Numbered from the whole stretch's first letter, positions 13,109-25,573 are shown. The stretch is 57,319 nucleotides of DNA, filler included, from Sphacelaria rigidula (GCA_964200075.2; 8 parts of 8 records of this genome joined end to end with filler, not necessarily neighbours in it), one strand, 5' to 3'. Program-made: numbers and translations. Notes: generated by a model not told the origin, from the letters alone.

Positions 13109-16100
13109 TATGTCTAACTAAGACGACGTGTGAACGCTCCCGTGCAAGCGGGTCAACTAGACCTACTCTTAAAACAGTACACTTCACAAAACCCTTCAGC
13201 TCTACTTCACCCAGCGACATTTTTCGAAAGCTTGATGAGATAGTGCAACGTTTTCCCATCATCGTTCACGTTCGACGAGGACGAGATTCGACCTTCGACC
13301 CGAGCAGTCAGTGCCTGAAAGTGTGCGCGTAATAGGGAATACGCGGAGCCCGGATGGTGGATCCGACACCTTGATTCTGAAAAACGGAAATTTCACGTAT
13401 ACTGTACATGCATACACGCGATGAACACAGGTGACACCAGACTGCAGAACGATTTTTTGGAGTTCGATCGATTTTGGTGTCGCATTTTTTTTTTTTTTTC
13501 GTCTCTTCCTGGGCTGTCTATTATTTTGCAATCGCAGCCTTCATTGTATGTGTGCAACTCATGACGTTCAAACTGTAACGCGATTATATCTATATTTCCT
13601 TACACCATAGGCGTCTGACTTGTGTAAGCGCGACATATGCGTGCGTCATATCAATATGACTTCAATCAACAACAATCATAGGTGCTGTGTTTGTTGTTGC
13701 CTGTTTGCAGGCCTTTTTTCTGAGTTCCCAAGATTCGATTTTCCGGCGTTAGGGGTTCGGTGAATTTGACAGCCGATTTGCCGCGGTTCGGTAAATTTTG
13801 GAGCCGGATTTTATTTACTTTGTCTGTACTGTGTGCATTGCCTGCAAGCAGTGTCTTGGGTGCGTGTGTGCGTGTTTCGCTCACGAGGATATAGAAGAGA
13901 AGAGGGCAACGTGCAGTGCATACAGCCCAGGACTATCAGTTCTCTCTTCTTCCAATGCAACGTGAAGAGGACTTCAGCTTTGTGCAGCTTTGTGCTGCCT
14001 GCACTGTCCATGAGCGTGCACGCAACTCGGTTGCGCACCGTACCGCACGCAGTTCTGTCGCTGATCCTACCATGAGAGAAGATGCAAAGTCAAGCTTTCG
14101 CCAACAAAAATAAACAAAGCACTACCCAACTACTTTCGTGCATCTATCCCTGTGCTCAACTCGTGCTCTCTGCTGCAGGATTGCGGTGGTAGCTGAGAAT
14201 GAGTTGGATGGAGTTTGCATGGTCCCGTGAACAGGTATTATTTGGCGTGGTGGTCTNNNNNNNNNNNNNNNNNNNNNNNNNNNNNNNNNNNNNNNNNNNN
14301 TTAATTAATTAANNNNNNNNNNNNNNNNNNNNNNNNNNNNNNNNNNNNNNNNNNNNGGATTTTCAGCAACACGCCACTGTTTCGTTTAGGCGCCAGACAC
14401 GTCATTCCTGACCAGCCTCATGGGTCGTTCTGGAGGCCCGGTCCCAAAAGGGTTAAACTGTAAAAAAAGAAAGAACCGAACAACCTCGTTCATCCAAAGT
14501 TGCGTAATTATCCAGAGTATATTTGTGCACAATTTTAAGGTCTAACTCTCTAAAGCGGCGTTGAACTTTGCCGTGCCACGGTGAAACCATCAACCACTAG
14601 ATTTTAGTGACGGCGTTTTGGGGCGTTCCTTGACGTGAACATAAAAAATCAAGCATCAGTTGATCGAGTTTGACCACGAAACTCTGCGGGGATCTTCCTT
14701 GGGTTTTGCGGTGACAGAGATTTTGTGAACAACAATGAAGAAAAAATCGTAGTGTCGGTTTTCCGGGGTCCCAGAATGGAGACGACTTCGAAAAAACGAC
14801 TTGGATCCCGTTAGACCCCCGAAAAACGGTAAAATTTTAAGGAGAAAAGAGCTCGTCAATCGAAAGTTGCGCAATGACACATGAACATATTTGTGCGAAG
14901 TGTCAGGGTCTAACTCCTAATCACTGCGTCAAGGTTTGCGCGTTTGTGCGAGGACGTGAGTTTTTTTTTTCTGGAACCGTTGATAGAAAGTTGATGATTT
15001 ACATTTGACGTTTTTTCGAGCAAGAAATGGTTGTTTTTCTACAGCCTTTAAGCGAACGATTCGCCGAAAGCGTATTTTTCAGACCCGTGCGAATGGAACT
15101 TGGAAGAAAAGAAGGTTCGAAGGTTGTCTATCCTACGGGTATGACGAATTGTTCGACCCGTCGGTGTTTTCTAACCCCGGCCAGAGTGCACGGCTGAACT
15201 TTCGTGAAGCAATCTTCACGCCGCACCTGCAGTAGTAGATGCTTCGCACCGCATCATAGCAAGCCTACTCCTGAGTTGCAATAACAAAGGCGACACCGAC
15301 GGCACATGTACCCCATTTATGCCCCCGTCTACTGTCTGCATCGCAGACAGTCACCGTCAGGCCCTGTGGGAATGTGTTCACCTCCTCCTCTGTACTGCGC
15401 ATGATCATGATATTTTCAGCTTGTGTCAAGTGTAAACTCAAGTCATGCACGCTAGTGTACTCTGTCGTACGCGTTTACACCGCACCAAACTGCGGTTTGA
15501 TCATTCCATAACGACGACGAGGATATCATGTACCCCGCCGTTATACATACTCCTGGTGCAGCGTGGGCGGGGGCCGTTACTTTGTCGTATCCGATACAGG
15601 GTGTCACTTTGTAGGCTGTGATCTTGCGGTACATCTCATCCTGCGCTTTGTGCCGTACGCCACGACACCACCTCTATACTGCGGGTTGGTCATGCCTGAA
15701 CGTTGCACAGCCATACTTTGTGCTGCGTGAGGTGTATTAATCCGGCTGGCGCTGTCGCGTTTGGACCGTCTGTCCTCGTGGGCGGCGTTGGGGTTTCATG
15801 CAATGATATTGCATACCTTCTGTCTTCCGGCATGGAAGACCGTAGCATCGTTATTCAGTTATACTGGACTGTAGTGAAGTGTTTTTACTGACTGTAGTTG
15901 CAGTTGGATTGAGCTGGTTGCGAAAGGCTGTCCCGGTCGGTTGTCGATCCTGCGTGCGATCTCACTTGCCGCGGTTACTGTGTTGACGTTTGGCAAGCGA
16001 GCGGGGGGGCGGTGTGCGCCGGAGGTCAATGGGCTGCCCCAACCGCTCTTGCAGCTTTTTCAGCGTCCTGGTCGTGCTTCTCAGCCACCTTTTCCAGCTG

Positions 16101-17426
16101 AACGTGAATTGCATATGGATCACTCTTCATCGCTTCCACATGTGGCGACGGGATTTCCACGTGCTCCGCCATATCGTTGTCGCCGGCCGTATAGTGTGGC
16201 TTCCTACGCTCGCAAAGTGTTGACGATTCAGCCCACCAAAACGATGCACTCTAATTTCAAGTATACTAGTGCGCTACTCTGAGTTCAAGTACACGAATGT
16301 GACGGGTTCGTGCACCGAACTCGGGTTGACGTATTTCACAGATTCTACTGACAAAAATCACATGTATAGGAGTTTGTACTGTTTTGCGAGATTTTCGTCG
16401 ATGCACACAATTAATTGGACACACTTCGCCCGTCGCGTGATACCATTGGACAAACCCAACCCGACCGCTCCGGGGTTTCATTTTCGGTACGTACATCCAT
16501 GACGTGTGCATCTGGAGTCTTTTTTGATCTTCCACAGTGAAAATGGTTGCCGTCGGTCTTTTCTGTTTCCATCTTTTATTCCTTGTCAGGGCTTCTCATA
16601 TTGAGGCGTCTGGCCCGGGGACGAGAGGGGAGGGTTCCAAAAGGGTTCAAACGTGCAAACTCCTAACTACTTGGTTTTAGTATTAAAACGTTTTTTGGGG
16701 GCGAATTTTACGTCAAGGCAAAAAAAACTGGATAAGATTTTCCAGTTCCGCGACCAAACTTCGTACATGTGTTCCTTGGACTATCCTGGGATGCAGCATG
16801 TTATTCCTTTTTCTTGTGAGGCATTATGTACCGCCTTCCGGGGGTCTTTATACTAGGACCCCCGGAAGGCGGTAGAGGACGGATAAACTTTAAAAATATT
16901 GCCAAGAATGTTATTTTTACATTTGGAGCATCAACACCTACGGAAACTGCCAAGTTTAAGGATGATCCAAGCTTTTCTACAACAGATATAAAGGAAATCG
17001 TCACGAAGCTCCCTGGGTCTTTCGTACGCATCATGAGCGGAAATTCGACGCCGCCGAAACTCCACATCACCGAAACATTACGGTTCCGGGCATAATTCAA
17101 CCCCGTTGGAACCGTTTTCAAATCTGTTTCTCCCGTTAGATTCCTGAGGTGAAGACAGTCACTACGATTTGAAGCATGTGGAGATTCGGTGAAAATTAGG
17201 CTCGGGATTCGTGTTTTCAATTTCGGGACAATTTGAAAGGCGCTGATAGGTCGAGATACATTTTTATCCATGGCGCCACCGCTATAGCCTTGAACAAAAA
17301 TCCAGCTACGTCATTCTCTTCGTCTGTTTATTGCGGTCAGTATGAAGCCATGCATGCGACTATTGGGTGCGTATTGCGGAAGGCATTTGATGATGACAGA
17401 ATTTTGGGTCTTTCGGGTGAACCTGC

Positions 17427-18946
17427 CTGGCTGGTTCAGGCTCATCACCCAAAAACACTCATCGACAATACCTCACGCCGTTTCAAGGAGTTGGATCGTG
17501 AAATTGGGCACAACTGTGCTACGGGTCATTACGCAACTTTCGAAGTTCGAGGTTTTTCGACTTTTTGACGTTTTCCACCGTTTTTCGGGGATCCCAGTTT
17601 TTTCCGGGAAACATCGATCCAATCGGACCTCCGTAAAACGGTCAAAAAATAAAAAATCGAAAAACCTCGTTCAACCAAAGTTGATTACTGACCCATAGCA
17701 TAGTTGTGCAAAATTTCAGGGTCTAACTCCTTGGAACGGCGTGAGATTTTCCGCTTTTGTGCGATGAACTTTGACGTGCCGCGGTGAAACCGCAAACTAC
17801 ATGGTTTTAGTACCAAAACGGCATTTTTGGACCTTCTTTGACGTGAACATGAAAGTTGAGGCATCACTTGATCGAGTTTTGCGACGAAAATTTGTGGAGC
17901 CCTCCCTTGGGTTATGCAGCGATAGCTTGTTCACGAGCTAATGGAGAAAAAAATCGTACTGCCGGTTTTCCGGGGTCCCAGAATGGAGACTACTTCAAAA
18001 ATCGACTTGGATCCCGTCGGACCCCCGAAAAACGGTGAAAAAATCAAGAAGGAAGAAAACATCGTTTACAGAAAGTTGCGTGATGATACATAGCATTTTT
18101 GTACAAAGTTTCAGGATCTAACTTCCAATAACGGCGTGAGGGTTTGCGCGTATGTGGAGGAGGTGGTTTGACACGTGCAACTCCTAACTACTTGTTTTTA
18201 GTAAAAAACTTCTTTAGGGGTGAATTTTACGTCAAGCCAACAAAAACGGTATGATGTTTTCGAGTTTCTCCACCCAACTTTGTACATGTGTTCCTTGGAC
18301 TATCCCGGGGCGCATCATTTCGTTTTTTTTCTTTTAGGGCATTCTGTACCGCCTTTCGGGGGTCTTCATACGGGGACCCCCGGAAACCGGTATGAAACGG
18401 AGAAACCATGATATTTTGTCAAAAATACAATTTTTCCATTTTGAGCATCAATACCTACGGAACTGCCGAGTTTGAGGGCGATCTGACCTTTTCTACAACA
18501 GATATAGGGGACACCGTCACGAGGCCCCCTGGATCTTTCGTGCGTATCATTAGTGGAAAGTAGACGACGCCAACACCCGACATCACGGAAACATCACGGT
18601 TTCGGGTATAATTCGACCCCCGTAGTAACCGTTTTGAAATATGTTTTTTTCGTTAGATTCCAGAGCCGATGGCTGTTACAACGATTTGAAGCATGAAGAG
18701 ATTAGGTGAAAACTGGGCTTGGAATTCGCAATTTCGATATCGGAACAATTTGACGGGCGGTGATTGGTCAATATACATTTTCGCCCTTAGCGCTACCACT
18801 ATGCCCTCACACAAAAATCCGGCTATGTCATGCTCTTCAGCTGTCAATGACGGTCAGTATGATATCATGTATGTGACTATTGGGTAGGTATTACGAAAGG
18901 CATTTGCTGATGACACAATTTTGGGTGATCAGCGTGAACCAGCCTG
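17427..18946. mobile_element. ~1.5-kb non-coding TIR element; right half of another copy directly upstream (16651-17429) and an internal piece at ~14460-14960
   Basis: Inverted ends C(T/A)GGCTGGTTCA.GCT.ATCACCCAAAA. 16651-17429 is a diverged direct copy of 18173-18946. 14460-14960 resembles 17640-18160. Confidence 0.75.
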
Positions 18947-19533
18947 TAACATACTCGGCTCTAGTATTGCGGGGTTAAGTATCTGCTTGATCTCAGTACC
19001 TCTCGTTCCCCTTTCAGTCGCTCTCTTCATGAACTTCGGGTCCATGGATGGGTGTGAGGGGAGAGCTCGATCTCGTTTCAGAAATAATGGGGACGGTATT
19101 GGAATGACGAGCCTACGTCTGTGACCAAGGATCCGAGAGCTCGGACTAATGTGCGGAAATAATACCAGCAATAGTAATAGTAGTATTCCTGCCAAATAAC
19201 TCGCCCACCACCACACCATCGGCACAAATAGCTTTCTGTATATTTTGCGATCGTCGGGTGCTTCTCTGTTCAAGTGTGCCGAGATTCTCGTACTTGGTTT
19301 GTCAACGTCGTGATCAGTAGAAACTGAGGAAGAAATCAAGAAAACGATACCTTCAAATCGTATTAACTATTTTAGCATCATTTACCCGTATCTGGTGAAA
19401 AACGTATATGTATATCGCGCCTACAAATGATGATTAATTCGGACAGAAGACGAGATGGATTTCTACTTGAAAAACCACGAGCGAAAAGGATAAAAGCTTT
19501 GAGTTATTGGGATGAACAATGTGGTGGTGTTGT

Positions 19534-19539
19534 AAAAAA
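19534..19539 (-). terminator. RNA polymerase III terminator (T6) of tRNA-Ala
   Basis: TTTTTT lies 4 nt downstream of the discriminator base on the tRNA strand. Confidence 0.75.
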
Positions 19540-19543
19540 GAAG

Positions 19544-19616
19544 TGGAGGAAGGGGGATTTGAACCCCCGACATTTCGCATGCAAAGCGAACACTCTAACC
19601 CCTGAGCTATACCCCC
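19544..19616 (-). tRNA. tRNA-Ala(TGC), 73 nt, intronless
   Basis: GGGGGTA-TA-GCTC-AGGGGTTA-GAGT-G-TTCGC-TTTGCAT-GCGAA-ATGTC-GGGGG-TTCAAAT-CCCCC-TTCCTCC-A folds into a cloverleaf. It has the G3:U70 alanine identity pair, an A discriminator and one U-U mismatch in the acceptor stem. Confidence 0.9.
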
Positions 19617-19959
19617 TTCTTGCTGTGTTAGGAGGATATCTGTCATCATGTACACAACCAAAAATGAAGATAGAACCCCAATACGGCTGTATGCATCCAT
19701 GAACTCTCAAAACGCCCCGGGCGTTGATGACGCCCCTGTTGATCAATTGAGGATGGGCTACCGGAATAACACAAGGATAAGCATCTTCTCGCAGACAATA
19801 TATCGAACACGAAGCGCTAAAACATACAGCGGTGCAATGGTGCGCGGCGGCATACGCCGATCCAGCTATTATACGAGCTGGCGCCACCTCCACAGCGGAT
19901 CTGCACGCTGCAAGCAGATTCTCACCTCAATCTTGAGAGTTGCATTTCAAAATTTAGTA

Positions 19960-20558
19960 CGAGCTGGGCCAGCCAAGAGTAGGTGTGAATCTCGCTCAGG
20001 CGACGCACGGCGCGATATTAGAAGTTGAACGCTGAAACTTCGACAGGAGCTTTTCATGATCGAGATGCAAAAGATCACGGGACCAGCAAATAAAAAAAGA
20101 AGAAGAAAAAAGTTATGGGCATTTGAAATTTCAGCAAAAACATGATGCCATGAGTCCAGGAAAAAAAAAAGAGAATCTACAGCTGGACTCGTGAAGTATC
20201 AGTTCCTTGGGTGCAGAAGGTCTTCCTGAAATTTTAGCTCAAGAGTCGTTGAATTGGGTCGTGCGTTCAACATTTTCCGTGACGCTGCTGCACCCCTATA
20301 AATCAAGTGATCGGAGACTCCAATTATGGAGGTCATGAGTTTTAATCCCGACATATTCTCTTTTTTTTTCCCGTCCGTCGTTAAGGTCATACATTATGCA
20401 GTACATTTTTTTCAAAAGAAAAATCATCCAGCGGCGGTGCCGTGTGTCACCAGGTTGGTCTACACTTCACAGTGATATGCTTAAATCGGGTTCATTCGGG
20501 AAACTGGGGAAGCTGTGATATGAGCAAGTTTTAGCAGCTTTTAAGCTGGCCTAGCTCG
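19960..20558. mobile_element. TA-flanked TIR element nested in another inverted-repeat element (19919-20765)
   Basis: TA|CGAGCTGGGCCAGC...GCTGGCCTAGCTCG|TA; the same left end occurs at ~6446. The outer 30-bp inverted repeat TTCTC.CCTCAAT.TTGAGAGTTGCA.TTC matches 27/30. Confidence 0.7.
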
Positions 20559-20842
20559 TACTCGTACGGAAAATTTTGGTGGATAAGAAATGGAAGTAAT
20601 TGTCCCACCCTGATATATTTTTCATTATTCTATGAGTCAGGGGTGGAAAACAAGATCCAGTTTTCAAGACGTCCTCAACTCATAAAAAAAAACTTAGAGT
20701 GGGGTATTTTGATATTTTTTTCATCACGCCGTAGCGAATTGCAACTCTCAAAATTGAGGAGAGAATTCCAGATTCATAACTTGGGTCGGTGAATATTCGG
20801 AACAGTATTTTGTAGGCTGTTTACCGGCCCAGTGTTGATACT

Positions 20843-21225
20843 TGTGTGTGTTGTGTGTGCGTTTGTGTCGTCATCTCATCTACTCTGGACACCAGTATAC
20901 ACCTTTCGGTATATATGAGCGCATCAGCCGGGGTCGGGGGTCACACAGGAAGACCAGCACAGGATTTTTTTTTCACTGCTCTACCTTCCTTCTGCCTTGC
21001 TTGCCTTCTCTTTTATCTCGAGAGGGGTTTAGCTGTCTCTTTTCCTCGTCAACCGTGGAGTTGACTTTTTGTGTACCCACGATACAGTCGATCTCCACTG
21101 TTGGCCCCACTGTTGGAAATGGTGTGGGGAAAAATCCCAGGTCGTGTGACTGCACCGAGATTCGAACCCACGACCCAACCGTTAGAAGGTTTCGAGGTTA
21201 CCAACGGAGCCACAGAGGCGACCGG
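20843..21225 (-). mobile_element. tRNA-derived SINE with (CA)-rich tail; related pieces at 225-778(-, split by a MITE) and 975-1160(-)
   Basis: Head has A box TGGCTCCGTTGG (TGGCTTAGTTGG in the copy ending at 778) and B box GGTTCGAATC. The body is shared between contigs 1 and 3. Ends in ACACACA-like repeats. Confidence 0.75.
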
Positions 21226-22779
21226 TATCTCAATACTTGTGCTTTCGATTTTGGCGTGGATGATCACAAGGGCATAATAATAAATGAAAGAAATCGGTGG
21301 GATGTTTATTTTTCCGTGGATTAGATCATCCCTTATGGCAAACATGGCAAACGTGGTTGCAATGCTGAAATAAAGCCTACAGATTGATTCTTCACGAGTC
21401 GACTCACAATACTAAAACCAAGTAATTTCCAGACNNNNNNNNNNNNNNNNNNNNNNNNNNNNNNNNNNNNNNNNNNNNTTAATTAATTAANNNNNNNNNN
21501 NNNNNNNNNNNNNNNNNNNNNNNNNNNNNNNNNNCGGACCAGGCTCGCACTCAATCACCACGCGCGAAGCGCCGTGGTGTGTTCGGCGAGTCGCATCAAA
21601 GGGAGGGGGGACGGGGGAGGGGGCGAGGCGTGTTGATTATTGGTTTGGATGCTGCAGTACTTGCATTTTGTTTTTCAAAGTTTGCCCTTTTCCACCAAAT
21701 GTTTCGAAAATCTGAGAGCATCTATAAAACGAGAAAGTGAAGGCGACCATTCACTCAGTTTCCCCCCCATTTTTTCATGGAAAGTTATGACCGAGCATAC
21801 TTTTGAGGGATTACAGGTGGTTCCACCTCACGTACGTGCGGATGACATACGCCGCACACTACTGTACACCTCCTTGCCTCGTGCCAATTTGGAAGACCCC
21901 CTGATCCGAGGGCAAGCCAAAATGTCCCACCGGCGGCGTTTTCCAACCGTCAAGAGTTTCGCCGCAGCCCACTCCCACGGGAAACATAGCCACTATCGGC
22001 TTGCTGGGCATGATCACGTCCCTCAATTCCATGACGTCAGACAGCGGACTGTCTGGTGCTCGATCTGGGTACGGCACATGCGGGTTGACCTGAAGCAGTC
22101 ACCGTGCCCGCCAGCCGACGGATTGGCAATGGGAATATAATGGAAAGGGGAGAGCAAGGGCTTTCAACACAGCGGATAGGTATACTTTCGACACGCGTAA
22201 ATAAACGTAAAATGGAACAAGACGTATGTACATGCACAGAGAGGCAGCCCCAAACATGACCCATGGATCACGTTGCGACTATTGTTGCGGTGGTAGGTAT
22301 GCTCGTTCAGGCGTCCAACAATCTTCCATGTCGGGTGTATAACTTCCGAAGAGAATCCCGTCTAAAACGGGGGGAGGAGGGAGGTGAGGAAGCTGCCCAG
22401 CCGTCCTTTCATCGTCTGCTGAAGAATGTGCCCTGCAAGGGAGAAGGAGAGGAAAGCTGCCCCTACCGTGTCCATGCACAGCAACAGAGGGTTTGGGGCA
22501 ACTGTTCACAGCATATCTACGTCGCTAGGGTAGCCTGAGAGTTGGGGTCCTTCGGTACCTACCGTGCCAGTAACATATATGCCCTTCACCACAGCAGTAA
22601 TCATCTCTTCATGATTCGTCAACATGTCGCACAGGCTCACCATGACTTCATCGACCCCCTCCCCCGTACGGGGGGTTGAGGGGGGGGGGGGCGTACTCAT
22701 TTGTTGCTTGCCTTAGTCATTTGACCATTGACCACGCATCCCTTTCGAGACGGAGCCACGGGGGGTTGAGGGGGAGGAC

Positions 22780-23076
22780 AGGGACTAGAACATATCTGAA
22801 TGGACTACGCGAAAAATAGAAACTGTGATTTCGGGTGGGGGACCTGAAACTGCCAAAATGAATGAAGAGGTGCACCAGTAGTCGAGTGGAGGAGGAAGTA
22901 GATGCACAGAATTGCCCCTGTGGCAAACCAATAGAGGGTAGAACTTATAAAGTGGGAGAACGTGAACCATGCATGGACGAACGGGACGTATTAGAGGGGG
23001 AATATAGGAAGTAACCGAAGGTGGCGTGAAATCGTTTAGAACAATAGATAACGGTAAAACGATCCCTGTACTAGGA
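22780..23076 (+). mobile_element. Older fragment of the LINE A 3' region
   Basis: Similar to 24350-24670 (AACATATCTG..., GATTTCGGGTGGGGGACCT, CPCGKPIE). Confidence 0.7.
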
Positions 23077-24921
23077 GATTCTGAATAATAGAGTAGGAAT
23101 GATGCTAGAAAAGGACGAAAAAGTCAGAGAGGGACGAGCAGGCTTCAGACCAAGCCGAAGTTGCGTAGACCTTGTGTACACACTAGGTGAGATTATTAAA
23201 GGTAGGAAAGACACGTGGCGGACAATGTACTCTTTCTGATGTGCAAAAGACTCATGACACAGTATGGAGAAATGCGCTAAGGAAAAGTTGATGGGAAGCT
23301 GAGATCAGAGGAAAGATGTGGAAAATGGTAAAGAAGATGACGGAATGTGCCAAAAGTGCCATGATTCTAGACGGGGGAATATCGAGAAAAAAAGTATACC
23401 TTACAAGGAGTCGCACAAGGATGTACGTTATCACCCACTTTATTCAGGGTATTTATTGATGACTTGATAATAGCGATAGAAGCAGCAAAGCAAGGGGTCA
23501 AGGTGGGTGAAGATATGGTATCAGGTTTGACGTTCGCAGATGATTTTGTGGGGATTTCAGGAACAGCAGAAGGATTGCAAAAACAGATTGACAAGGTGTT
23601 AGAATACACTAGGAAATGGAGAGTGACGGCGAAAGTCAACAAATGCGCGGTACTCCCCTGTAACGAAGATAAGGAAAATACGGTAGAGTTCAAATGAAAG
23701 TGAGGAGAAGAGGAACTACCGATCGTAGACCAGTATACATACCTTGGCGTAGAGATATCAACACACTGTTCTTGGAATGCATACATGAATAAAGTAATAG
23801 AAAAGGGTAAGGCACAGATGGGGAGGATGGATGTGGTCCTTAAAGACCCGCGCCTAGACACCAGGATTAAGAGATGTATCCTGATGAACGTGATCGTACC
23901 GAAGCTGGAATATGCAGGAGAAGAATGGGAGGGGAACGTGAAATTGGTGAAGAGGTTGGAAACAGTATAGATGGCAGCAGCTAAAAAGATACTTGGATGC
24001 TCGAAAACGACGGATAATGCAGCATTGTTGGGAATGTACGCACTTGAAACAGAGACATGAGGAAATTGAGATGGCAATATGGCGTCAAGAACATGCAGAG
24101 AAAGAGATTGCCAGCTATAGGTGATAGGGCTGTATGAAAGAAAAACACGGAAGGGGAGGCTGGAATAAGGTGGAATAGAGAAGTCGAGAGAGTATGGAAG
24201 GAGATGGGAGGAAACCGAGACGAAATACTGTCCATAGGTGAACGCGCGGGGTACAAGATGAAAGTAAGATACATAATGGAAATAAGGGGAAAATGAGCGC
24301 TCAGTCGCAAAGTAGACGAGGAAGAACACCTGAACATATACGGGGGGTTGAGAGAGGGGATCGGGATGAAAACATATCTGCATGGTCCAATGGACGCGGC
24401 GAAGACACTGAAACTGCGATTTCGGGTGGGGGACCTAGACCTGCCAGAAATGAGAAATAGACATACAAGTGGTCGTGTGGGCAGAAGTCATATAGTTGCC
24501 TCTGGCAAAGCAATAGAGAGCAGATGTCATATAGTTGCTGAATGTAAACTATACAAGGACGAACGGGACGTGCTAAAGGGGGGAATGCGGGACGTGAATG
24601 AAAGTGGCATGGAATCGTTTGATGCATCAGACAGTAGGGAGAGAACGATGGTTATACTAGGAGATAGATGGTGGCCACAGACGGTGAAGCAGGACGGGGA
24701 TAAGATATGCACAAGGTTTTTGTATAATGTATGGAAGAAACGTAATGAGCGCCGGAATGTTAAAGGTGTCTCTATTCGGAGTACGAACGGCGCTCCGTCT
24801 TGAAAGGGATGCGTGGTCGATGGCCAAACGACTAAGGCAAGCAACAGATGAGTACGCACCCCCCCCCACCACCCCCCCCCCCCCCCCCCCCACCCCCCCC
24901 CCCCCCCCCCCCCCCGCACCC
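23077..24921 (+). mobile_element. 5'-truncated, decayed non-LTR retrotransposon (LINE family A): RT, C-terminal zinc-knuckle region, 3' module and poly(C) tail
   Basis: Frame-broken RT motifs: EGRAGFRPSRSCVD, LQGVAQGCTLSPTLF, GLTFADDFVG, YTYLGV. C-terminal GKAIESRCHIVAEC. In-frame stops and frameshifts. Ends ...ATGAGTACGCA followed by a long C run. Confidence 0.9.
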
Positions 24922-24999
24922 CNNNNNGCAGACGCGGCCCGGCTCTCTAGGGGGGGGGGGGGGGGCCGGCCACAACCAAAAAAAACACAAAAAAGAACG

Positions 25000-25044
<45 letters not shown>

Positions 25045-25573
25045 TGACCACCACGAGACTGACGTGAGCAGTATGCTTCACCTCATGCCGTTGCAATATC
25101 ACCACGGTTGAAACATACTAGATCTTAGTGTGGAATCGTCAGATTCAGATCTTCGACGAACCGACAACCAGCTATTCCCACGCATGGTCAGCGTGCGAAG
25201 AACACATTTTCACTCAAATCGGGGCCGACGGCGCTGATTATAGCTCTGCTAACGCACGCTTCGCTGCGGACACCGTTTTCGCCCCCTTGCTCCGTGTCGA
25301 AAGGGATGCGTGGTCAATGGTCAAACGACCGAGGCAAGCAATAAATGAGTACGCCCCCTCCCCCTCCCCCGCCTCCCTCCTCCCCCCTCCCTTGAGGGTT
25401 CTCGATGTACTATGGGCTGGGGTTCTGTTCGGGGTAAGAGCTATATATCCCAAATGCGTCAACCATGGTGACATAACGACGGCCTCGCGTAAACTCGCCT
25501 CGACCTGAGCCCGATTTCGTGTAACCATACCTGTACTGTTATCCCACAAGGGTCCGCAAGGAGAGGGGGGGGG

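Noticed and set aside
21640-22660. Coding-like stretch (also ~15230-16270, ~46150-46460 and ~55450-56950)
   Set aside because: Frames are broken and I recognise no family; it needs tBLASTx/HMM searches before any call.
23367-24383. 338-aa minus-strand ORF, the longest in the track
   Set aside because: It is the antisense shadow of the purine-rich LINE RT; the recognisable motifs are on the plus strand.
24790-24855. Hammerhead ribozyme / retrozyme in the 3' module
   Set aside because: There is no CTGA.GA core, and the GAAA is a hairpin loop in family A and absent in family B.
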